Assembly: GCF_009834535.1 (NCBI RefSeq)
Contig: NC_045697.1
Span: 98,396,001-98,460,000 of the forward strand
DNA: 64,000 nucleotides
Reading direction: 5' to 3'
Source: Camelus ferus
Lineage: Eukaryota
Shown here: positions 50,985-63,787 of the stretch, in pieces
Layout: each line of letters begins with the position of its first letter
Position numbering within the stretch: position 1 is the stretch's first letter
Notes under the pieces: generated by a model
Seen by the model: the letters and a program-made list of their open reading frames with translations, nothing else
Told to the model about the DNA's origin: nothing
The model's database searches: none
Translations under genes and position numbers: made by a program

Positions 50985-51143
50985 TTTTTACTTTTTAAAA
51001 TTTTTATCTTTTTTGCAGGGGGTGGAGGGGGAGAGGTAATCAGGTTTGTTTGTTTGTTTTTCTAATGGAGGTACTGGGGATTGAACCCAGGACCTTGTAC
51101 ATGCTAAGCACACACTCTACCACTGAGCTATATCCAACCCCTC
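50985..51143 (-). mobile_element. Vic-1-type tRNA-Ala SINE (long form)
   Basis: ggaggtactggggattgaacccaggacc..ctctaccactgagctata; 9-bp TSD ctccttttc (50976-50984, 51144-51152). Confidence 0.92.
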
Positions 51144-51859
51144 CTCCTTTTCCTAAAGGAATTTTCCATTCAGTGGAAGTTCTGGAGGAGCAGTAAATAA
51201 TAACATGGAGAAGGTCCCAAGGAAAGCTTCAGTCCATCATAATTTTCCTGGGTAGACCCAAATTTTCTTGCCCTTAGTTGGGTTCTGTCCATGGAGAGCT
51301 TGCCCATTATGGGAGCTTAACAGTGGTATTAATCAGAAGGAAGAGAAAGAATCAAACACTCCCCTACCTTTCCAATACTACATTTGAATTATGCACATTT
51401 GGTTTGAGGAAGTAACAGATACCTGGATTTCTGGTTTACCTGAAATCCTAGATTAAATTTTTTAAAAAGTCTAGAACATCCTATAGTTTGCCATTAAATA
51501 AATATATGCCTCTACCAGGAAATTGTTTTATTTAAGATGTTCTCTACGAAAGTTAAATGGTCTTTAAGAAGAAATTTTGAATATGCATCTGTGTTAAAGA
51601 TTATTTATGAGCTGAAGACACTGTGAGCATAGTGCTAAGAGAAGAAACACATATTCCAAAAAAAAAACACGGGAAAGTTCAGAGACACTAACTGCTTTGT
51701 TTCTGAGCCCCATATAAAGGCTTCAGCCACAGGCACTCTGGCTTCTGGGTTCAGCATGTACAGAGCCCTCTGAGAAACAGCTCTTGACCCCATGTGTGTT
51801 TGGCACACCCATGTTGTAAAGGATTGCTGCTGAAGTTTTTAAGTTCTCTTTAAATAAAC

Positions 51860-52340
51860 TGTTCCAGTTACTTATTGCTACAAAACAAACCATCCTAAAA
51901 CCCAGCGGTTTAAAGCAACAAACAAAACTTATTTTTGTCCATGAATCCGCAACCCGGCAGCGCTCTGCAGGGACAGCGCATCTCCGCGCCGCTCAGCTGC
52001 ATCCGATTGGATACATCGCTTTATCTCCACCACGTGGTCTCTACAGAATTGCTTGTTCAAAGTGGCCAGACTTTTCACAGGAAGGCGCCAGGCTTCGCAG
52101 GCATATGTTCCAGGAAAGAGAGCCAGGGGGAAGCTGTGCTGCCCTTCACCGGCTTGCATCAGCAGTCATGCAGCCTTACCTTCCCTGTGTTCTAGTAATC
52201 AAGGCACGCAGCCCCTAGTCCGCCCAGGTTGAAGAGGAGAAAACAGACTCCACCTCTTGCGTGGGAGTGACAAGGTTTTCGAAAATCACATGGGATGTAA
52301 AATGTTGCTCCTGTGATTTTTGGTGCAGTCTGGCGTAGGA
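51860..52340 (-). mobile_element. MLT1G-like MaLR LTR, unusually CpG-rich
   Basis: tgttccagttacttattgct..cctaaaacccagcggtttaaagcaaca..acagactccacctcttg. Confidence 0.8.
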
Positions 52341-53109
52341 ACCCACAGGAAGAATTTGTTTCAGAGCCTGTACCAGGGATTAATGTGATGTTAAGCAAGA
52401 AAATGTTGGTTGAACTCACGAAACACTGGCTCTTGTTTCTTTTTTTCTATTGGCTTCCAGAAAACTCAGTGACAACCTGGCTTCCTCTAGCCAGATCCCT
52501 TGGCAAATTTCATATGCAATAACTTACCTTGTCTTCATTTTATTTTCTTACCATTATTTTTCCGCTGCTCCAATTTTCCTCACTTTTAAAACACCCTGTT
52601 GTTGTGTATGTATTTAGCTAAGCTGTCTTAAGTGAGAAATGAATCTCAAAATATTCTAAGCCAGAGAACTCACACAAGTGGAGATATATCTAGTTAGAAA
52701 AAAATACTGAAAGAGTATAAACCTCACTAACACACAAAGAAGTGTATAGTAAAACAAGACACCAGTTTTACTTATAATTTAATGTGGATCCTATGCCCAA
52801 TGCTTAGTCCTTCACTGGTGCTGTGAGTTATTTAAATGATTTTGTTTCCGTTAGTTAAGGTTAGGGATGTGAACAATGAGATCTGTACTTGGGTATGTAC
52901 CTGGGAGAACTGGAAATTTGCACAATTGTTTTCACAAAATAATTTGGTGATGTTTATTAAATGTCGTAAGTGATCCAATAAGATCTCTTCTAGGTTCTAG
53001 AATAAGGAAATAACCCCAATTCTGGAAAATCTGTGTTACACGTTAGGATATATGCATTTCCCACATGCATTGGGATGACTTATCAGCTTATCTTTGTTTT
53101 TAAAAAAAA

Positions 53110-53671
53110 AAAAGCTGTGATAAAATATACATACATAAAATATACCACTTTAACCAATTTTAGGCATCCATTTTGGGGGCATTAAGTACATTCACATTGT
53201 CATGCAACCATCATCACTATCCATCTCCAGGATTTTTTCATCATTCTCAACATTAACTCTGTACCCATTAAACAATAACTCCCCATTACCCTCTCCCCTC
53301 AGAACCACTATTCTATTTTCTGTTTCTAAAATTAACTACTTTAGGTGCTTCATGTAAAGGGTACCACATAATATTTGTCCTTTTCTGTCTGGCGTATCAC
53401 TTAGCATAATGTTTCAAGGTTTATGCATATTGTGGCATGCGTCAGAATTCCATTCCTTTTTAAGGCTGAATAATATACTCCATTGTTTTATATATATACA
53501 TACATACATATATATCACATTTTGTTTATCCATTTGTTCATTATTGGGCATTTCAGTTGTTTCCAACTTTGGGTAGTGTAAATAATGCTACTGTGAATGC
53601 TGGTGTACAAATATCTGTTCCAGTCCCTGCTTCCAATTCTTGGAGGTGTTTACCTAGAAGTAGAATCGCTT
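53110..53671 (-). mobile_element. L1MB-like 3' fragment
   Basis: gcattaagtacattcacattgtcatgcaaccatca..ctctgtacccattaaacaataactcccca..cctagaagtagaatcgct. Confidence 0.88.
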
Positions 53672-53789
53672 CTATTTTATATCAGCGAAAAATTAGAAGT
53701 AATCATCAGGTGCAACAAATAAGGGAACTGCTACCTAAATTACAGCACATGCACTTGCCATCCTGTCTCCTTTTAAAGTGAGGACCCTG

Positions 53790-53990
53790 GAGGCCTCGCA
53801 GGCTGCCTCCCAGGCCCTGTGTTCTCCGCGCTGCACTGCGCCCGTCACAGCACCTGTCCCGCCATGTTGTGGTCACCTTGACTGTTTGCCCTGCTAGAGT
53901 TCTGTCAGAATAGGAACTTTGTCTTCCATCTCTGGCCTCAGCTCCTTAATGGCTGGCACATTATACGAGCTTGGAAAGTGTTGACTTGGT
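53790..53990 (+). mobile_element. L2 fragment (GC-shifted)
   Basis: cccgtcacagcacctgtc..ggaactttgtctt..tggctggcacat. Confidence 0.5.
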
Positions 53991-54559
53991 GAAAGACCCA
54001 TTAGCTCCAAATGGGACAGTCGGAAATTACCTTATATTAAATTTAATTCGGATGCTTATCAGCTGATTGTGAAAAACCTTACCAAGAACATGAACGTAGA
54101 CTCTAATTTGGGGAATACAAAATGAAAATCTTATAAATGACAGGAAGGTCTCAGGAAGAGTGTGAATAGCCCTAGTATTGCAGGGCACTAAAGTAGGTTG
54201 CTTTATTTTAGCCTTTAATACACAGAGAGAGTAAGGTTCTTGGAAGACCTGGAATCTTTCAGGAAGGCCAGGTGAATCTCTCACACGGAAGCATCCACAA
54301 TCACATATTACTACTCTCTCCTTTCTATTCCAGTGAAAGTGCATACACATACACACGCCTGTATACTAAGATAATAAATGTGTCCAATAGACTAAAATGC
54401 CAGAGCTAAAAAAAGATTTAATAGCCATAATATATCCAACCCACTCAAGTCTTGAAGAAATAAATTGATTTTTAGTAATATATATCAATAATCTTAAGTC
54501 TTATTCAATCTATATCTTCCATCTTTTCATTTAATACTGCATTCTCTTGAGAGCTGAAT

Positions 54560-54830
54560 CAGATCTTGATTCAATGTCACTTTCTCTGAGAAGTCTTCCC
54601 TGACCCACCCCTTCCTGGACCCCACCCATCACCCTCTCCCTCCTTCCATTGCTTTACTTACTCTTCATGTCATTGATTGCCACCAGACATGCCATGGATT
54701 GAATCTTTCCTTTATTTATTTCCTGTCCCTCATTTGAGAAGGCACACCCTTTGAAGGCAAAAGCTTTTATCTATCCAGCACCTAAGCAACACCTAGAATA
54801 TAGTAGCAATTCAATAAAAATTTGTGAAAA
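54560..54830 (+). mobile_element. L2 3' fragment
   Basis: aatgtcactttctctgagaagtcttccctgacc..ccagcacctaagcaacacct..ttcaataaaaatttgtgaa. Confidence 0.8.
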
Positions 54831-56999
54831 GACTGTACACGTAAATTTAAAGTTAGGACCTCAATGATACATACAACACACATGTACACAATGGTTACAT
54901 GCAAATACAGCCAAAAACAGACAGTAACAGCAAAACTGTAACATCCGTGAAGTTACGACTTTCTTTTTCTGTACTAGAAACGTTCTAATGTAATTGTATT
55001 ACTTTTGCTGTGGGCTACCTGCTTTGGTAGGGTGTTGCCAAGTGAGAGTTTGGTACCAAGAACCTTCATGTTGGGCACTTCAGTGAATTCACAGTTCTCT
55101 AGAATCTTTTCTCAACTTGGCAAGCTCAATGAGTTGACTTTTTTTCACAGTCTGAGAGTAGATTCTTCTTCTATGAATGCCCTCAAATTAACCTTGTCTA
55201 CAAAAGACTAGTATATAAATCTAAATGCAAATTATGTCTTTAAAATGAGAAATTTAACTGTCAAAGGGAACTCAGTTGTACCCTGTTATCTTAATGATCA
55301 GGGAACCAGATCAACAGTACTTGGCTTTAAGTTCTGATGTTTCATGGGACTGACTGTTCTATGTAGGGACTTGTGGGCTACATCACTTCAAAAAAGCTGG
55401 TCCTGTCCCCAAACAGGTGAAGTCCACAGACCAGGGGAGATCCTCTTGGTCAGAGCTAGGATGTAGTGGTAAATCTGCCTCTGTGACTTTGTGACCTTCC
55501 ATCAGTGACCATCTACTTCTTCTTCTGATTGACATGTTTTTTTTTGTAACACATTAATTCAACTTAACTCATAATAACATTTTGACATGCTAATATTGCC
55601 AGTTTTGTATTGTACTTCCTGCTTCTGGACCTGAGCAGTATCTATATTTAAGTCCTATTTTGCATATATTCTAAAGTCATTATTATGCTTTGATTTTATA
55701 TATAATTCTCAGAGACTCATTAATATCTTCTTTTTACTGTTACCTGCATTAGAATTATAAAACTAATCTCTAAAGTCAGGATGGTAAATATTCCACACTA
55801 GGAAAGGCCCCTTTTTAAACCACGTTTTTAAAAAATACATGCTTTAGACCTTGAAACAGGGTCCCAGTTTAAATTCAAAGTATGTTCCCCTCAAATCTAC
55901 TCTACTATCTGGTCACAGCACAAGGACTGGTGGGACAGGCTCACCAGGGATCTATTACAATGATGATCAAGGTTCTCCCCAGGATAAGACAACAACAACA
56001 AAACCCTATTCTAATAACAGAGTCAATGGCCCAGGCTTGCAAGGGAGAAGTGAGTGAGTGCATAGCATGCAACTGTCCCTCAGACTCTCCTCCCACCCAC
56101 ACCCACCACAGGTCACACAACAGGAGCCAAAATACTTCCTTTTCTGAAGTCACCATGGGATCTTCAGACTAAAACATCAGCAATATTGGCGCTCATGATA
56201 GCGAGGTGTTGGTAGCGGCAGTTTTGAACACCTTGTCACCACAGGTGGTGACCGATTCAATGACCTAGATATCAAGGGCACAGAGGTCAGTGTCCTCATT
56301 GCCAGTTGTCAATTAACTTGAACGCTGGCAGCTGTGGTGCCTTGGTGAACACTGGTGACACAGCTGGGTCTGGCACTGGCAGTAACTTGAGTTATTATTA
56401 TAATGAGCCAGGAGAGATGTTTTTGAAGTTTTCCTGATGCAGACATTTCCTAGAGATCTCTAGAGTATTTAACCAAACTTGAGAGGGTTGAAATTTCTGT
56501 AGACTGAGTAAAAACAGATATGTAGAAGTATTGCTTTGTAATGGTTGTCAATACCATCCCATACCAAGGTAGGTGTGGCCTGGGAAGTAATATTTACACA
56601 CATAAAGTTTAGTTTCAGTTGGATAGAATCATTTCACTTACGGAAAATGACTCATTCTCAGATGACAGAAGGCCATGTAATCACTACGATTCCCAGTAAA
56701 AACAAGCTATATCTAGCTTTAAAAATGGTTAGTTATAAATTTGGAAAAATTATTTTTAAAATGCAGAAGAGTAAAAATGACACCATAAATACCCATTTCT
56801 ACCACTCAAAATAAACATTAATATATTGCCTTATGTACCACAGATCTTTATCTTTTAAGAAATAAAGCATCACAGTCAAGGAAACTGTCTCCTACATTTT
56901 CTTCCCCCATTCACATCCTTCACCTTCCACCCCAAGAGGAAGTAGTGGATGCAATTTGTAAATATACAACAAATAATGTAACACATCATTTATGAATAT

Positions 57000-57636
57000 A
57001 AAAATACATGCACCCCAATGTCCATAGCAGCATTATTTACAATAGCCAAGATATGGAAGCAACCTAAGTGTCCATCAGCAGGTGAATGGATAAAGAAGAT
57101 GTAGTATGTATGTATATATATATACATACACATATATATATACACACACACACATACATACACACACAGTGGAATACCACTCAGCCATAAAAAAGAATAA
57201 AATTTTGCCATTTGCAACAACATGGATGAACTTGGAAGGTATTAGGCTTAGTGAAATAAGTCAGACAGAGAAAGATACTGTATGGTATCACTTACATATG
57301 GAATCTAAAAAAATACAACAAACTAGTGAATAATAGAAAAGAAGCAGACTCACAGTTATAGAGAACAAACTAGTGGTTACCAGTGGCAACAGGGAAGGGG
57401 GTAGGGCATGATAGGGTTAGGGGATTAAGAGGTACAAATTACTATATACAAAATAAATAAACTACAAGGATATATTATGCAGCACAGGGAATATAGCCAA
57501 TATTTTATAATAACTATAAATGGAGTATAATCTTTAAAAATTGTGAATCATGCTGTACACCTGAAACGTATATAATATTTTAAATTAACCATACCTCAAT
57601 AATGAGTAAGTAAATAAATAGTAAATAAAAATAAAA
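57000..57636 (+). mobile_element. L1 ORF2 end plus 3' UTR with (TA)/(CA) expansion
   Basis: atacatgcaccccaatgtccatagcagcattatttacaatagccaag..gcacagggaatatagcc..atacctcaat plus A-rich tail. Confidence 0.92.
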
Positions 57637-58173
57637 TGGAAAGCAAAAGTATAAAGACAAGGAATAGATACATCATGGTAAATTTTTAAAATAAGAAATG
57701 GGAAGAGAATGTTTTACTCTTTCTGTAAATACTATAAACTGTAAAGAACATGATTACTTCCAAATTCAAGGAAAAGTCATTAAGGATAGCCAAAATACTT
57801 TATAGAAAAGTATAACATAGGCGTAATCTCACTCTTCCTTTTCAGGGAAGTGTGAGAAAATGATTGGAGAAAGTTGGGAGCTGGGAACCAGAGATAAGAT
57901 AGTGTTTCTTCCTTCCAGCAATTCTTCCTCTTCAGAAACTGAAAGAAGAGGAGACCAGGAGAGACCTACAGTTGATCTCTGAGCAGCCAGTAGCTGGAGG
58001 CACCAAGATACCAGCCAAGACTACAGGATAAAATACATCCCTGGGCATGGCTATCAATTCCAAGCTAAGAAATTCAAGGTAAGCTACAAAACGCATCCTA
58101 ATCAGGGCTCACATGTGTTTGATTACAATAAATAGATGTACCTAAAATTAGTTTTAAAGTTACCCAATACTTC

Positions 58174-58618
58174 ATCATTTGCAGCAACATGGATGGATCT
58201 AGAAATTATCATACTAGGTGAAGCAAATCAGACAAAGACAAATACCACATGATATCACTTTCATGTAGAACCTTAAAAATGATACAAATGAACTTATTTA
58301 TAAAACAGAAACAGACTCATAGACATAGAAAACAAACATATGGTTCCCAAAGGGGAAAGGGCAGGGGGAATAAATTAGGAGTTTGGAATTAGCAGATACA
58401 CACTACTATATATAAAATAGATAAACAACAAGATCCTACTGTAGAGCACAGGAAACTATATTCAGTATCTGGTAATAAATTATAATGGAAAAGAATCTGA
58501 AAAAGAATATATATAAAGTGATTCAGTTATTCATATTTTACATATATAATATATAACTGAATCACTTTGCTGTACACCAGAAACTAACACAACATTGTAA
58601 ATTAACTAAACTTCAATA

Positions 58619-58661
<43 letters not shown>

Positions 58662-58665
58662 AAAT
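58174..58665 (+). mobile_element. L1 3' end with (TAAA)n tail
   Basis: catttgcagcaacatggatgga..; imperfect 18-bp TSD aaagttacccaatacttc / aaaatcacccgatacttc. Confidence 0.92.
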
Positions 58666-59304
58666 AAAATCACCCGATACTTCCATAATCCTTCCTTAGT
58701 TTTATTTACTTTAAATGTGACTATAAATCTTCCTTTAAGTACAATAGTGATTAGAAGTATTTAAATGAGGTTTTCAATTGAAAAACAAAAATAATGTACA
58801 AATTAGGGATTAAGTATCAGGGGTCAGATTTCTAATTAAACAAGGAGATTAAACCTATTATTTATCTCTGCTTCTTTCTAAAAATTCAATCCATAATAAT
58901 ATTAAAGGGATAAAAATATATTAGTTCCCAAGTTCTCAGAGCATGGCTGGGGCTTGGCACCTGACCCCACCTCGGGAGAGAGAGTGCGAGTCACCCAGAA
59001 AGCAAAACACAGGAAACACAAAGGCAGACAAGAGCAGAAGAGAGGTAGCAGCAAAGCTCTGGAACTTAGAAAAGAGGCGGATTTGTGGCAACTGAGTTAT
59101 CAAAGGGAGAAGGCAGAAAGTACCATAGGGGAGAATATGAGGAAGGAGACAAGAACTCATCTCTTCACACCGTAGAGTTCCAGAAAATTCAAGATCTGGA
59201 AGTGCTGGCCAACGAGGCTGACTGATAACTAACATCTCAGTTTTCCTCAACTGAATGCACAAGGCTTAGATGCAGGAGCCCAGCATGGAGATCAAAATGT
59301 GACT

Positions 59305-59550
59305 TTAATGTGGAATCCTGGATTGGATCCTGGACCAGAAAAAGATTTGCAGAAAAACTAATGAAATTCAAACAGGTCTGTGGGTTAGTTTATAGTACTG
59401 TATCATGATCTCCCGCGTTCTATCTCTGCCCTGTGGTTACATAAAACATTAACATTAGGGGAAGCCAGGCAGAGGGTATAAAGGAACTCCCTGTACGATT
59501 TTTGCAACTTGCCCATAAGTCTAACATCATTTCAAAAACTAAAAGATTTT
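59305..59550 (+). mobile_element. Old L1 (L1MC/ME-like) 3' end
   Basis: atcctggattggatcctgga..aacattaggggaagc..ggaactccctgtacgatttttgcaact. Confidence 0.8.
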
Positions 59551-59960
59551 TTAAAGTTAAGTGTCTCCACTTATTACAAACAGAGCTCTTCTTAGAAAAC
59601 ATAGCTTATTCTGCCAGAATTAGATAAATTTGCTGACTCCACTCCTGAATTAGACAGATGTACCCAAGCTTAACAACAAACCATGATAAGCCAACTCGTC
59701 TCATCACAGGACAGTGCCACAGGCCCTCAGCTGGCCCTGGCCAAAAGGTGACTGGCCCCTCTGTGATAGAACACGTGCTCAATTACAGACATGCACAACT
59801 TCAGTGTAAGAGCTCAGGATAATGTAAAAATAAAGATGAGAGGAAAGGGCTGAGCTGTGCCTGCCCAGTTCTTCTCCCGTCCTCTCCAATCAAGTCACTC
59901 TTGTCACCTGGGAAAAAGTTAAGGAGGAAAAAGAAAGAATCCAAGAGTATTATTCTAGTA

Positions 59961-60473
59961 CAGTGACCTCAGACGTTTTGGTCACAAGACCCCACCAGAA
60001 ACTAACACAACATTGTATATCAACTATAATTCAATGAAAAAAAAATATGTTGAAAAACCTCAAAGAGCTTCTGTTCATGTGAGTTATATATATCTCTCAA
60101 TATTTACCATAAAGCTGATACTTTTATTTTTTAATTCATTTAACAATATTAATAAACCCAGTATGTGTTAACATGAATAATTTATTTTATGAAAGATAAT
60201 TCTATATCTCAAAACAAAGAAATATAGTGAGAAGAGTGGCTTTGTTGTACATTTTACAAATCTCTGTGATGTTTGGCTTAAGAGAAGACAGCTGGTTTCT
60301 CATATCTGCTTCTGCATTTAATCTGTTGTGATATCACATATCATGATGCCTCTGGAAAATTCCCCTGTATGCGTGTAGGAGAGTGTAAGTGAAAAGGGCA
60401 AATCATATCTCAGTGTCATTATAAAAATTCTTTTGACCTTTCAGACCCCCATACCACACTCTGAGAACCACTG
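59961..60473. mobile_element. Charlie4a-like hAT element
   Basis: cagtg..ttttggtcacaagacccc start, tgagaaccactg end; 8-bp TSD ttcta(g/c)ta; body agaagacagctggtttctcatatctgcttctgcatt. Confidence 0.85.
59993..60045 (+). mobile_element. Ultra-short L1 tail inside Charlie4a
   Basis: caccagaaactaacacaacattgtatatcaactataattcaat plus poly-A; nearly the same as the L1 terminus at about 58577-58617. Confidence 0.85.
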
Positions 60474-61177
60474 TTCTACTAGAAGCCCCTCTACATCCAG
60501 TAATGGCAAGGTAAATATTCTCCAAACAGGGACAGCAAGTGCCTGTGAAGGCTGGAGGGCGGGTGAGTCTAAACCAGAGCAGCACTGGTTGAAAGTCTAT
60601 CCACAAAGCAGTTAAACCTCTCCCTGTAAGTCTGCTCCCTTAGCTGGTACAGTCAGGTGACTGTCTCTCTCTCTCTCTCTCCATGTTGGCAATTTACTGA
60701 GAGGCTAACCCCAGACAAGCTCCAGACTCAGGGATGCCAGCCAGAGCTGAGGAACTAAGACAGGAAAACCAGGTGAAATCATGCATAAGGTAGAATGAGA
60801 TCTGCTGTCCCCTTTGCTCCTCTCTGTTCTTAGAATCCTGCAGCCTAGTTTATTATCTATCCCCCAACACACACACCCTAAGCAGGAGATTGGGTCATTT
60901 TTCTCTGAGGAAACTGAACAATCCAAGGGAAAAAAAAAAGACCTATAAATACCGAAACTTGAGATACCCATCAATGAAAGAGCACCAATCAATTACCCTA
61001 AATTAAATCCACATCTTGACAAGCCCTGCCTCTGCACACACAATTCTAATCAGTTTTCATGTATCACTCTTCAGCACTAATAGACAGTCCAGGATTACTA
61101 AGTCAAACATTCTCAGGAAGCACCCAATGGGGGAAAAATATTAGACAAAATGATAAAAGCAGAATAAAAGAACAAAG

Positions 61178-61273
61178 AGGAAGGAGGGAAGGAAGGAAGG
61201 AAGGGAAGAAAGAGGGAGGGAGGAAAGAGAGAGAGAGAAAGAAAGAAAGAAAGAGAAAGAAAGAAAGAAAGAG
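61178..61273 (+). repeat. Polypurine (GGAA/GAGA/GAAA)n tract
   Basis: About 95 nt of essentially pure purine. Confidence 0.9.
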
Positions 61274-61961
61274 ATCAAATAACAAAGGACTTCTTGAAAG
61301 TTAAAAATATAAAAGCAGAAATTTGAAAATCAGTAAAAGTTCTGGAAGATAATATTGAGAAAATCCTTCATAAAGTAGATCAAATAAAAATTGTAGAAAA
61401 TAGAAAAAATAATACTAAGAAAACCAGAGAATCAATATAGGTTAAACATGTAACAAATATGACCCCAGAAAGAGATGACTAAGATTACCAAATAAATAAA
61501 AATGAAATTTCACAGAATTGTAGAGCTTGAGTTTCCAAATTGAAGGAGCCCATCACATACCCAGGAAAACACACAAATATATGAAGAAGAAAAAAAAACC
61601 CACATATAATATGAAACTCTAGAATACAAGGAATAAAGAGAAAAGCCTAAAAGTTTCAAGAACACAAAAAGAGGGAACACACGACAATGGGGATTCATAA
61701 CAGCATCAGACTTGACAATAATAATTCTGAAGACTACATGAACAAAACCTTCAAAATTCTGAAGAAAAATGATGTCAACCTAGAATTCTAAACCCAAACC
61801 ATCACTTAGGGATAAGGATAGATTAAAGATATATTCACAATTGCAATGTCTGAAAAAGATTAATTCCCAGCCAACATTTTTCAGGATGCTACTAGAAAAT
61901 ATAATCCACCAAAAGAAAGCAGGCAACCAAGGAGAAAAGACATGAAAACCAGAACAGAAGA

Positions 61962-62472
61962 TATGGTAGCCAGTCTTCAAGGTGGACCCAAGTGAGCCCC
62001 TCCTCCTGGTATTCACCCCCTTGTAATGTTCCCTCCCATGTTGGACAAGGGTTGATCTGTGTGACCAAAAGGAAGATGACAGAAGTAACCATCAGTCACT
62101 TCTAAGACTAGGTTATAAGAGACACTGAGCCTTCCATCTTGGTTGCGCTCTAGTGCTCTTTCTCAAGTCACTCACTTTGGGGGAAGCCAGCTGCCATGAT
62201 GTGAGCAGTCCAATAGGAAGGTCCATTTGGTGAGGGACTGAATCCTCCTACCAAAAGCTTTAATGTTTACCAAAATAAGGGTAAACATTAAAGCAGACTC
62301 TCCAGCCCCAGCCAAGCTTCAGATGATTACAAGAGAAACCCTGAGTCTGAACCATCTCACTAAGCTGTTCCTGGATTCATGACCCATAGAAACTGTGAGA
62401 AAAGAATTGTTTATTATTTAAAGCTGCAAAGTTTGGGGGTGACTTTTTACATGACAATAGACAACTAATACA
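61962..62472 (+). mobile_element. MLT1F-like MaLR LTR
   Basis: ctcctggtattcaccccct..ggggaagccagctgccatg..gacccatagaaactgtgaga..caatagacaactaataca. Confidence 0.88.
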
Positions 62473-63193
62473 CAGGGGATCCATTCCAGAAGAGAAGTAA
62501 AAGAAATTCTCAAGTTAAGGAAGCCCCAGGACAAAAGCCAGGAAGCAATCTCAAAGAGATTCAATCTAGATCTGAGCAGGAAGCCAGAGGGCTCTGGGAA
62601 GGATGTCTGAAAAAAAAAAAAGAAAGTGGAACTGACAGATTATCTCCTGCATTTTATGGCAGAGAAAAGTTGCATTCACTTACTTCAATGCAAATATATA
62701 TTTAATTACATTCACAGACACTTCAGTTACAGGCTGAAGTGTTAACAGGTATATGAAAAGGTGAGCAGAAGAAAAATTGTAATTATTAACTCTAGGGACA
62801 AAAAAAGAAGATTGTTCAAGAAAGAAAATATAACTGAAGCACATACTATAGTAGCCCAAACGTGAACAATATTTATAAAATCATAGTAATAATTTACCCC
62901 TAAGCTGTAATAACTCTACTTAGAGTATAAAGAAATCAAAGGGTGTATAGTAGGGAAGGAGTGGATGACAGGGTTTGCAGTTTAAAAATTGTGGTATAAG
63001 TATATTACTGAGAAATTCAAAGGTTAACACCAGGGTAAGAGCTAAAAGAATTGAAAGGGGTTGACACTGGGGAGCAGAAATTGGGGGCAGAGAGGAATGG
63101 AGCCATGTAGTGCTCTTCCACTATAAGTCTTATCATTGTCTTTGTCTTAAAAACAAACAAACAAAAATCCACTTTAATTAAAATAAAATTTTA

Positions 63194-63500
63194 TAAACTT
63201 ATTTACAAACCAGAAGTAGACTCATAGACATAGAAAACAAACTATGGTTACCAAGGGGGAACAGCATAGGGGGAAGGATAAATTTGGAGTTTGGGACTGG
63301 CATATACACCCTACTGTGTACAGAATGGATAAACAACAAAGACATACTATATAGCACAGGGAACTATATTCAATATCTTGTCATAACCTATAATATAAAA
63401 GAATCTGAAAAAGAATATATATATATGTATATGTATAGCTGAATCACTTTGCTGTACACATGAAACTAACACAACATTGTAAATCAACTACACATCAATT
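63194..63500 (+). mobile_element. L1 3' end
   Basis: gactcatagacatagaaaacaaactatggttacc..gcacagggaactatattcaatatc..aaatcaactac. Confidence 0.9.
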
Positions 63501-63787
63501 TTTAAAATTTCAAAAATATATAAATGAATAAAAAGTTAACAGTCTCTACCTAGCAAAGGACAAAAATCTGTACACTTAATAAATCATAAAATAGAAAATT
63601 TCTTCACATATTTGTCAGTAACCACCAGAAGATACCAAAAATAGAAATGTCAGATGTGGTTTCCTCTAGGAGGTAGGACTGGGAATGGCCTTCTGATATG
63701 TACTTCTGTGTTACAAACTTATCCCACAGCTTAGTAGCTTAAAACAAAAAGAATCAGGACTGAAAACAAAAACAATGCAGGGCTTGT

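Larger units (their letters stand above)
61090..63170 (+). mobile_element. HAL1-like (half-L1) element interrupted by an MLT1F LTR and a purine tract
   Basis: Decayed ORF1-like region (ccttcaaaattctgaagaaaaatgat..caacctagaattcta; tcaggatgctactaga..tccaccaaaa) resuming after the LTR at caggggatcca. Confidence 0.7.

Noticed and set aside
56990..57333. ORFs with EYHSAIKKNKILPFATTWMNLE
   Set aside because: Remnant of the L1 ORF2 C-terminus broken by a microsatellite; not a host gene.
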